Shown one piece after another: positions 8,839 through 16,382 of a stretch of DNA of 19,011 nucleotides (positions within the stretch are counted from its first letter, which is position 1; each line of letters starts with the position of its first letter). The stretch is from Promethearchaeota archaeon. Lineage in GTDB: Archaea > Asgardarchaeota > Lokiarchaeia > Sigyniarchaeales > SOKP01. The stretch spans positions 1 through 19,011 of the forward strand of contig JBHLNT010000075.1 in assembly GCA_048941265.1 (NCBI GenBank), in the 5' to 3' direction. Below the pieces are notes generated by a model that was not told the DNA's origin, made no database searches, and saw nothing but the letters and a program-made list of their open reading frames with translations. The position numbers were made by a program, and so were the translations under genes.

Positions 8839-8926
8839 TAATTGATCATTAGGACAGAAGATTTAAATATGGGAAAAAACACTTCAATATTATAGTAAAA
8901 TTATTTTTGTCGAATTATTCTTTAAA

Positions 8927-9352
8927 ATGCCATCAGATTCAAGTAAATCATCTGGTTTGTTACGGATCACTTTCAGTCTAGATCCAGTTGATGAAAAAGT
9001 AATAGATATGATGGCGAACAAAAGACAAGTGTCTCGTTCTGAAATCGTACGAAATCTTGTCCATAATTGGATTGAAGGTAATCCAGAAATTTTAAAAAGC
9101 AATTATAGTATAGACCTTAATGATGTAAGCAGAGAAATTGAAATCGAAGATATGGAAAAATATTTCGAAGAGAAAATTCAAAAATTAGTAGAATATTCAA
9201 GATTATTTGAAGAAATTGATTTAAATATCCTGGCAGAACAATTGGAAGTAAGCCGTAAAAATTTGACAGATTTAATTTTTGAAAACCAGGATAAGCTAAG
9301 CAAAATGGGTGTTAAATTAACTATTCGGAAAAATCTTGTGGTTAAAACTTGA
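8927..9352 (+). CDS. Ribbon-helix-helix (CopG-like) regulator with a C-terminal winged-helix/PCI-like domain
   Basis: LRITFSLDPVDEKVIDMMANKRQVSRSEIVRNLV is a clear RHH. The C-terminus FEEIDLNILAEQLEVSRKNLTDLI...LTIRKNLVV looks like a wHTH. Confidence 0.75.
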   Translation: MPSDSSKSSGLLRITFSLDPVDEKVIDMMANKRQVSRSEIVRNLVHNWIEGNPEILKSNYSIDLNDVSREIEIEDMEKYFEEKIQKLVEYSRLFEEIDLNILAEQLEVSRKNLTDLIFENQDKLSKMGVKLTIRKNLVVKT

Positions 9353-9647
9353 TTGCTGCTCTTTAAAAGAATACATTAAGAAATAAGAAGATCTAATTAT
9401 TTTATTAGATATTTATTCCTAATACTGATTTTAAGAGATATTTTTAACATTTTGTTTTGAATTAAACCTTACTTTTTTGTATGAATTAATATATTTAGAA
9501 CTTATTAAAACTTTTTTTTGAGTCATCCTGAAAATCAATTAACGTAATTATAAAAGAGGAAAAGGAAAAAACACTAATTAGCAATTTTTTTAGCCTGTTC
9601 GGCAATTAATTATGATAGAATTAATAATCCAATTTCTATAAAATTAA

Positions 9648-10586
9648 TTAAATATTTTTAATATTTTTGAAGATGAAAAATAAACCCCCTAATTCACCAG
9701 TAATTGGAGTACTTTCAGTTATTGGTTTATATTCTTGGTTATAAGCCCCTATATATTGAAATCCTCCTCTACTTGCAAAAAGTATAAGATCATCGAATAA
9801 CCATAAACGTAATTTATGGACTTCATCTACAACTAATTGATTCCCATTTTCATTTACAATCATTTGAAAATCGACATGACGTATTTTACTTTGTACATCA
9901 TACCTATTTATTACCCAAGATAGTTCAATATATATACCGTTTTCTTTTGCAAACCATTTATCGTCAGTTTTGATTTCATTCCTAATATCTTCGCATTTAC
10001 AACTTAATTCAACGATGTAGATTCCCCCATTTTTTAACGACTTCCCCATAACCTTAAAGTGTGAGGTAATATCCTCATCACACGTTAAATACCCTAAACT
10101 GTTTATGCAAACAACTGCAGCATCGAATTTGGAATCAAATTCAAGATTTTTCATATCCCCTAATAAAACATCTGCTTTATCGTGGAATATTCCCGCATTT
10201 ATCAAACGCTCTTTAGTATATTCAATCATATCAGGACTTAAATCATATCCAAGGGCATAATACCCAAATTTAGGGAAAGATTCTATGAGTATTCCAGTAC
10301 CGCATGCAGGTTCCAGTATTCGTTTGACAGTTACATCCGAATAAAGTTGAAAACATTTTTGAAAAAATTTAATATCTCCATCAACATCTCTGCTAAATGC
10401 CATATCATAATATTTTGGAAGCCTGTAAAATTTATGAATCTCATCTTCTTTAATTGAGATATTAAAGGCTTTAATTTCCATCTCTTCTTTTATCAACTCA
10501 TGCTCGGTAGCTATTGTTTGAGCGTATATTTGTTGACCTTTCAAGTTAAAAGATGGTACATTATTCTCATCAACAATATTATTCAT
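9648..10586 (-). CDS. Class I SAM-dependent methyltransferase
   Basis: Motif I ILEPACGTG, GYDLSPDM, GDM, FDAAV, LKNGGIYI. GGTGA RBS upstream of ATG 10586. Confidence 0.9.
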   Translation of the reverse strand: MNNIVDENNVPSFNLKGQQIYAQTIATEHELIKEEMEIKAFNISIKEDEIHKFYRLPKYYDMAFSRDVDGDIKFFQKCFQLYSDVTVKRILEPACGTGILIESFPKFGYYALGYDLSPDMIEYTKERLINAGIFHDKADVLLGDMKNLEFDSKFDAAVVCINSLGYLTCDEDITSHFKVMGKSLKNGGIYIVELSCKCEDIRNEIKTDDKWFAKENGIYIELSWVINRYDVQSKIRHVDFQMIVNENGNQLVVDEVHKLRLWLFDDLILFASRGGFQYIGAYNQEYKPITESTPITGELGGLFFIFKNIKNI

Positions 10587-10893
10587 TCCAGCTCACCATT
10601 CTTCTTTTAATGAAAACTTTTTTGAATTTGCCTTTTATGAATTAAAAATTAGAATTTATGACTAATTTTTTAGTGGATTTTTAAAATTTCTGTATAGAGT
10701 GTTCTTACAAAAATTTACCCCTTTTTGTTATAATCCAATAGAATTTTTCTTATAATTAAAACTTATCTTTTTTCTCCTAAACATAAATGAGTAATATTTG
10801 ATGCTAATTTATTTAATTCTCTTTTACTCTATTTCCTAAAATACTAATTGTTGTTAGCTTGGCTCTAAGGAAATATGATGGTTGATCATTTTC

Positions 10894-10902
10894 AAAAAAA
10901 AA
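10894..10902 (-). terminator. Oligo-T terminator candidate after the FabK/NMO gene
   Basis: A9 on the plus strand just beyond the stop at 10907. Confidence 0.5.
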
Positions 10903-10906
10903 GAAG

Positions 10907-11881
10907 TTAATTAAATATTTTATTGAGTTTTAAAATTGTATCTTCCGCTTCTTTCATTATCCGGTCCAGCAATTCTTTCACAGTAGGGATATCCTTAATT
11001 AAACCTACACCCTGTCCACAGCTTACCATGCCTACATCTAAATCCCCTTCTCTATACATTTTTAATGCGTTTTGACCGGATGCAACTTTAATAATCTCCT
11101 GTAAAGAGGCTTTTTGAGATTCTAATTCAATTATTTTTTCAGCTGCTTTATTTCTCCAGACTCTATGAGTATTACGAATTGATCGCATGACTAAACTAGT
11201 GTCAGTTTCGGCCGCATTTACAAAAGCTTGCTTTAGATTATCATGGAGCGGACATTCCTTTGTAGCCATCATTCGAGTTCCCATAATCACACCCTCGGCA
11301 CCAAGAGCCAAAACTGCAGCGACAGCTCGACCATCCGTGATGCCTCCTCCCGCAATTACGGGCACATCTAACGCATCGACCACACTTGGTGTCATAACAA
11401 GGGTTCCTATATCTAGGGTTCCCGTAGCCCCCCCGTTTTCATACCCTACAACAGTTATAATATCAGCTCCCAAGGATGCTCCTTTTATCGCATATCTCAC
11501 ACCTGCACATTTGTGTATCCAAAGTGCCCCTCCCTCCTTAAATTTGGGGACTAAATGCTCCGGAGCCTTGTGGCCGCTTGTTTCAATAATTTTTGCACCT
11601 GCATCAAGAGTGGCATCAACATAGTCTTCTAATTTATCTTGAGGCATGAGGGCAGGAAATAAGTTAATGTTAACAGCGAATGGTTTATCTGTTAAGGATT
11701 GCGTTTTTTTTATTGCCTTACCTAAATCCTCCGGAGTTTGATAATTAGCACTTGCTAATACGGCACAAGCGCCCGCATTGCTAGCTGCTGCGACAAACTC
11801 GGGATTAGTTATGTTTGCCATAGTTCCTACAATTATAGGATATTTACATCCTAACATTTCAGTTATTTTCGTTTTGAGCAT
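10907..11881 (-). CDS. FabK/nitronate monooxygenase family FMN-dependent oxidoreductase
   Basis: LKTKITEMLGCKYPI, TDKPFAVN, PVIAGGGITDGR, LGAEGVIMGTR, GQGVGLI. Confidence 0.88.
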   Translation of the reverse strand: MLKTKITEMLGCKYPIIVGTMANITNPEFVAAASNAGACAVLASANYQTPEDLGKAIKKTQSLTDKPFAVNINLFPALMPQDKLEDYVDATLDAGAKIIETSGHKAPEHLVPKFKEGGALWIHKCAGVRYAIKGASLGADIITVVGYENGGATGTLDIGTLVMTPSVVDALDVPVIAGGGITDGRAVAAVLALGAEGVIMGTRMMATKECPLHDNLKQAFVNAAETDTSLVMRSIRNTHRVWRNKAAEKIIELESQKASLQEIIKVASGQNALKMYREGDLDVGMVSCGQGVGLIKDIPTVKELLDRIMKEAEDTILKLNKIFN

Positions 11882-11978
11882 AATTTTTCACTTTAAAAGT
11901 AGTTCTTATAAACTATTATTTCTCCATTTAATTTATAATTCATGAAAAAAATTCGTTTAACAGAAGTTTGTCAGTCTT

Positions 11979-12398
11979 TTAAGATTTTAGTAGTTTTTTT
12001 TTTAGATTATCAGAAATAATTGCCTTTTTTTGACTTTCGTAATCATACCAGATCATATGGGATTCCCCCTCAGCTGCCTTTTTGTTTAATTTCTTACTTA
12101 CTAAGGCATGTTTCATAATAATTTTCGATCTCTTTATACTTATGATTTTTGCCCCAACATAAACGGTATCGGGAAAGGTCAAGGGAGCTTTATAGTGGCA
12201 ACTTTGAAAAGATAATATTGGACCTACACGAACTTCTGTGGGTCTTTCATAAATATCCAAGTATTGATATAATGCTATTCGGGATATTTCAAAATATCGA
12301 TAATATATTGCATTATTTACGTGTCCTCTAGCGTCCATATCTCCCCATCGAACGGGAACTTTCTCAATTATGGTATAGTCATTTAAAATTTCGCTCAT
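11979..12398 (-). CDS. Hotdog-fold acyl-CoA thioesterase (4HBT/YbgC/FadM type)
   Basis: VRWGDMDARGHVNNAIYYRYFE signature and YKAPLTFPD. Same strand as, and just upstream of, the FabK/NMO gene. Confidence 0.9.
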   Translation of the reverse strand: MSEILNDYTIIEKVPVRWGDMDARGHVNNAIYYRYFEISRIALYQYLDIYERPTEVRVGPILSFQSCHYKAPLTFPDTVYVGAKIISIKRSKIIMKHALVSKKLNKKAAEGESHMIWYDYESQKKAIISDNLKKKLLKS

Positions 12399-12595
12399 AT
12401 TATCAACTCTTACTTTAAAAAAGGTCTCTTAACATTTATTTATTTTATTGAAGATTTTATGATCTCTTATTAGGTTCTTGAATGGGTGTCCAAATATTTT
12501 TATCATTGCTAATCAGAAAAAATGAACCAAAAATTAAAAATTACTTATTAATTTTTATCTTTTAACTTCATATTTAATATTATAATTTAACTCAT

Positions 12596-12670
12596 CCTAA
12601 TAATGCATTAACAAAAGAATTCCACTAGCTTTTTATTCTTATTTCGGGATTTGTCTAGTATGAAAGGTTA
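12596..12670 (+). repeat. Copy A of a 75-bp degenerate direct repeat (leader and first codons of the hydrolase gene)
   Basis: Gapless alignment to 13625-13699, 59/75 identical by manual count, including a shared TCCACTAGCTTTT core. Confidence 0.8.
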
Positions 12671-13550
12671 TGCTCACTATATTTGGAGTGCCAGTGCGTT
12701 TGTAGTGGCAATGTTAATAATAACATCAATCTTCTATCCCGTGGGAGATTTCAGGGCTATTATTATTGCATCTATTGCTACTTTTATTTCGATAGCTTTT
12801 CAGACCCGCTCATCTAGAAAAGAAAGGGAATACAAAGCTTTAAAAGGAAAGAATACTACTTCAAAAGAACAAAAGAAAAGGATGCGAAGATCATATTTGG
12901 CAACAAGAGAAATTTCTGCGGGATTTTTGCTTATAGCACTTGTCTTTTTGATTTATTTTCATTCAATGAGGGCTTTAAGTAGGTTAGATAATTTTGATGA
13001 GGCAGTAATAATGACAGGCTTTTTGTTTTCGTATATAGGAAGCGTGGTTCCCGATTCTGACCTCATGCTTGGAGTCGAAAATCACAGAAGTAAATATACC
13101 CATTCAGCATTAATTCCCAGTACTGTTGCTATTGTATGTTTATTTTTTACTAATGAAGCTCTAATGCCGATATGTATGCTTTTATTCGGTCTAACAGTTG
13201 GAGCAGCGCTGCATTTATTCTGCGATGTCGTTCCCGAGGGATCTAATGTGAGAGAAGCTGTGGTGTCTTTTATAAAATGGGATAAAACTCCAGGCGACAT
13301 CCGTGGAATTAAAGAAAATAAGGAGCAAGCATATCTCATTATTAACGGCCTTATTTTAGTAGTATTTTCTATACTTTTTGTCTTACGCCAATTGTCGGGT
13401 CTATGCGATTTTCCACCTATAATGAACAACGGAGTTCTTTCCATATCAACGCTCTCGATAGGATTATTTGCTTTTTCAATATTTCTTTTCATGATTTCAA
13501 TTATAATGATGTTGACATGGAGATCTAAACCTAAAAATTCTAATTCATAA
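12660..13550 (+). CDS. Membrane-bound metal-dependent hydrolase (YdjM-like)
   Basis: MKGYAH, GSVVPDSD, HRSKYTHS, LHLFCD and multiple TM segments. ATG 12660 fits the family MxxxxH start better than TTG 12651. Confidence 0.78.
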   Translation: MKGYAHYIWSASAFVVAMLIITSIFYPVGDFRAIIIASIATFISIAFQTRSSRKEREYKALKGKNTTSKEQKKRMRRSYLATREISAGFLLIALVFLIYFHSMRALSRLDNFDEAVIMTGFLFSYIGSVVPDSDLMLGVENHRSKYTHSALIPSTVAIVCLFFTNEALMPICMLLFGLTVGAALHLFCDVVPEGSNVREAVVSFIKWDKTPGDIRGIKENKEQAYLIINGLILVVFSILFVLRQLSGLCDFPPIMNNGVLSISTLSIGLFAFSIFLFMISIIMMLTWRSKPKNSNS

Positions 13551-13577
13551 GATTTCTTTTTTATTTTATTTTTTGTA

Positions 13578-13625
13578 TCATTTAGGCTGTAGTTTCAGGA
13601 TCCCTTCAATGTTATTTAATATCGC
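13578..13625 (-). pseudogene. 3'-terminal remnant of a penicillin-acylase paralog
   Basis: Reads AILNNIEGILKLQPK* versus TITKNLEGILKLQPS* at the end of 16383-18623. The three nucleotide differences within EGILKLQP are all synonymous. Confidence 0.75.
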
Positions 13626-13699
13626 CTAATAATGAATTTAGAATAGAGATCCACTAGCTTTTCATTCTTATTTACGAATTCGCCCAATATGTAAGATTA
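13625..13699 (+). repeat. Copy B of the 75-bp degenerate direct repeat
   Basis: 59/75 identity to 12596-12670. ATG AAA GGT corresponds to ATG TAA GAT here. Confidence 0.8.
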
Positions 13700-13714
13700 G
13701 CAATTTCCTTATTT

Positions 13715-13736
13715 TTACATATTATTACATATTATT
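13715..13736. repeat. Short tandem repeat (TTACATATTA)x2.2
   Basis: Exact 10-bp units at 13715-13724 and 13725-13734, plus TT. Confidence 0.6.
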
Positions 13737-13904
13737 GATGAGAATTAATCTCAAACGAATATATTTTTTTGATGAATTAATAGAATATAACCTCGATATT
13801 TATAATCTCAAGAATTTCATAACAAATCAAAATTCTAAATAAAAAATGTAATTGAAAAGATATTTATTAAATTTATTTTAACTTTTAAAATAAGAAGAAA
13901 GGTT

Positions 13905-14939
13905 ATGCAAAAAGCAGTAGAGACTTTTGATCTTGTTAAGCAATTTAACGGTTTAACCGCTGTCAATAAAATTAATTTAACAATTGAGGCTGGTGAAATT
14001 TTTGGATTACTTGGTCCTAACGGGGCGGGAAAGACTACAGCTATTAAAATGCTTATTACCCTTTTAAAACCGACTAGTGGAAATGCGCATGTAGCAGGTT
14101 TTGATGTTGTTTCTCAAGAAAATGAAGTTCGTAAGAGAATTGGATATGTTCCCCAAGAAACAGCTTTAGATATTCGATTAACTGCTACTGAAAATTTGAG
14201 ACTTTTCGCGGAATTGTATAATATATCCCGAAAACAAATTAAATCAAGGATTATCGATGTTTTAAAGTTAGTGGAACTTGATAAACGAAAAGATGATCTT
14301 GTAGGCCATTTTAGTGGAGGTATGAAGAGACGATTAGAAATAGCTCGAGGTTTAATCGCTTTCCCTCAAATTCTTTTCTTAGACGAGCCTACTGCTGGTC
14401 TGGACCCTCAAACAAGACGAATTGTATGGGATTTTATACATAATCTTCAAAAAGAGTGGAATCTAACGATTGTAGCTTCAACGCACTATCTTGAGGAAGC
14501 AGAACAAGAAATGGATCGGGTAGCCATCATTGACTTTGGGCGGATAATAGCACTGGGAACACCAGCAGAATTAAAGAGTGCTTTTGGTCAAGATTTAATT
14601 GAAGTGACTCTAAGTTTAATGGATAATCGCAAGGAATTGGATGAAATATTGAAAGAAAAAATATTAAAATTAGAACTTGGAACGAATGTTACATTTCATG
14701 ATAAAACCATTTTAATTATGGTAAAAGATGCTAAACACGCTCTTCTTTCAGTTTTACATAAGATTGAATCTTTGGGGGTTATAATTGATTCTATTGGAAT
14801 TCGAAACCCTTCTTTAAATGATGTTTTTATTAAGTATACGGGAAGAGATATTAGAGAAGAAGGAAGACCAGGAGAAATATCCTCAGATACAAGGAAACAA
14901 CAAGCAAAACTTATTGGAAGAATGAGAATGAGGGTGTGA
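13905..14939 (+). CDS. ABC exporter ATP-binding protein, DrrA/NodI-like
   Basis: Walker A GPNGAGKTT, signature FSGGM, Walker B LFLDEPT, H-loop STHY, C-terminal PSLNDVFIKYTG. Confidence 0.93.
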   Translation: MQKAVETFDLVKQFNGLTAVNKINLTIEAGEIFGLLGPNGAGKTTAIKMLITLLKPTSGNAHVAGFDVVSQENEVRKRIGYVPQETALDIRLTATENLRLFAELYNISRKQIKSRIIDVLKLVELDKRKDDLVGHFSGGMKRRLEIARGLIAFPQILFLDEPTAGLDPQTRRIVWDFIHNLQKEWNLTIVASTHYLEEAEQEMDRVAIIDFGRIIALGTPAELKSAFGQDLIEVTLSLMDNRKELDEILKEKILKLELGTNVTFHDKTILIMVKDAKHALLSVLHKIESLGVIIDSIGIRNPSLNDVFIKYTGRDIREEGRPGEISSDTRKQQAKLIGRMRMRV

Positions 14940-16165
14940 TAATAATGTTAAGAGGAGCAACAGCAATATGGAAGCGTGAAATGCGCAAATGGTGGAGAAG
15001 TAAGCCTCAATTGGTAACTTCTTTATTGATCCCTGTGCTTTTTCTACTAATTATGGGAAATGCTTACTCTGGTAATTTTACGGATATTAAAATTGTAGTA
15101 ATTCAAAAAGATTCAGAAACCCCTGGTGATGTATATTATGAACTTGTTAAAGATTCATCTGAAGTTTCAATTGTTGCTAAAGATATTTCCGAATCTGCAG
15201 CTAAAAAAATGATTGATGAGGGAAGTATTGCAGGATATATTATTATCTCTGAAAATTTCAGCTATGGATTAACTGGCTTGGCAACAGGTAAAAATACTCA
15301 AATTAAAGTTACCATCGATAATACAAATTCAATGGTTTCAGATGCTCTAAAAGCATTCGCAGCTGAGACTTTGAACGATACCTTACATGATTCTAGGGTT
15401 AAACATTGGGTTAAGGACATAACAAATCATTCCATAACTGCAAATCCTAATACAATTAATGATGTCAATGAATATTCCTCTACAGATTATCAATTTATTG
15501 ACTTTTTAGCACCTGGAATATTAGCTATGACAATATTATTTACATCACTTTTTGCTGCTGGGATGCCTGTAATTCTTGATAGAGAAATCGGATATTTTGA
15601 TATGCTTATTTCAACACCGGCGAGTCGAAGAAACATTATATTAGGATTTACTTTAGCCGGGGTGACTAAAGTCATAGTTCAAGCAACTCTTGTTATATTC
15701 ATAGCTTTACTTTTAGGTGTTCATCTGGTGCTTAATATTTTAACACTAATCTATCTCTATATTATGATCATCCTCCTTGCACTTGGATTTGTAGGGATCT
15801 CAATCGCACTTAGCATGAAAATAGACGTAACTGCTTTTCAATTTGTTGGTGGTCTAATCAATTTCCCAATATTTTTTCTCTCGGGTGCTTTTTATCCGGT
15901 AGAATCATTACCTGAATGGCTGAAAATCCCTGTATTATTAAATCCAATGACATATGCTGTACATGCTTTCCGGACAATAATGATTAAAGGAACTAGTATA
16001 ACATTGCTTATACCTGATTTGATAATCCTTGGCATCTTTGCTATCTTAACTCAAATTCTAGGAAATCTAATGTTTTATTTATCTTTATCGGGTAAAAAGC
16101 TACATATACGATCCCAAAATCATAAGAAAAGAAAAAAACCAGTAAATGATACAGAGAAACCTTAA
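14936..16165 (+). CDS. ABC-2 type permease (DrrB/YbhR-like) with an extracytoplasmic domain
   Basis: AIWKREMRKWWR, FLAPGILAM, DREIG, FLSGAFYPVESLPEWL, NPMTYAV. GTGA overlap with the ATPase stop; alternative start ATG 14945. Confidence 0.9.
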   Translation: MIIMLRGATAIWKREMRKWWRSKPQLVTSLLIPVLFLLIMGNAYSGNFTDIKIVVIQKDSETPGDVYYELVKDSSEVSIVAKDISESAAKKMIDEGSIAGYIIISENFSYGLTGLATGKNTQIKVTIDNTNSMVSDALKAFAAETLNDTLHDSRVKHWVKDITNHSITANPNTINDVNEYSSTDYQFIDFLAPGILAMTILFTSLFAAGMPVILDREIGYFDMLISTPASRRNIILGFTLAGVTKVIVQATLVIFIALLLGVHLVLNILTLIYLYIMIILLALGFVGISIALSMKIDVTAFQFVGGLINFPIFFLSGAFYPVESLPEWLKIPVLLNPMTYAVHAFRTIMIKGTSITLLIPDLIILGIFAILTQILGNLMFYLSLSGKKLHIRSQNHKKRKKPVNDTEKP

Positions 16166-16220
16166 AATATTTCAATGGAAACGCTATCAACTAAAATTAA
16201 TAGATTATTTAAAATAACTC

Positions 16221-16232
16221 TTTTTTTTTTTT
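16221..16232 (+). terminator. Oligo-T terminator candidate after the ABC permease
   Basis: T12 about 55 nt after the stop at 16165. Confidence 0.45.
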
Positions 16233-16382
16233 AATTTTCAGCTTAAAAATCAATAAATTTTAACCACTTATTCATTAAGATGAATAGAAAGATCTAACTA
16301 CAGATACGACACTTGTGGTTTCAAATGATAAATCAGAAGTAAATGAACATATATATATTTAAATATGTCATTCATTGTTTCA

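Noticed and set aside
8890-9102. 70-aa minus-strand ORF
   Set aside because: Antisense to the RHH gene.
9350-9400. Possible selenocysteine read-through of the RHH gene TGA
   Set aside because: Adds only a few residues, has no redox motif, and no SECIS-like hairpin was recognised.
10672-10682. AGTGGATTTTT shared with 18679-18689, with a related TCCACT core in the 75-bp repeats
   Set aside because: Short, T-rich and at inconsistent distances from start codons; cannot be separated from chance by eye.
12467-12603. TTATTAGG...CCTAATAA inverted pair as element ends
   Set aside because: Only 8 bp, AT-rich and not extendable.
12605-12673. attC-like GCATTAAC...GTTATGC arrangement
   Set aside because: Internal arms pair poorly, copy B lacks the core boxes, and there is no integrase in the window.
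12662-12673. GAAAGGTTATGC also present at 13897-13908
   Set aside because: Coding sequence in one place and RBS plus start in the other, with no flanking similarity; probably coincidental.
11187-13492. ORFs 11187-11624, 12149-12331 and 13082-13492
   Set aside because: Antisense shadows of the FabK/NMO, thioesterase and hydrolase genes.
16200-16380. AT-rich inverted repeats (e.g. TATTCAT-TAAG-ATGAATA at 16269-16286)
   Set aside because: Expected at this AT content and located between convergent genes.
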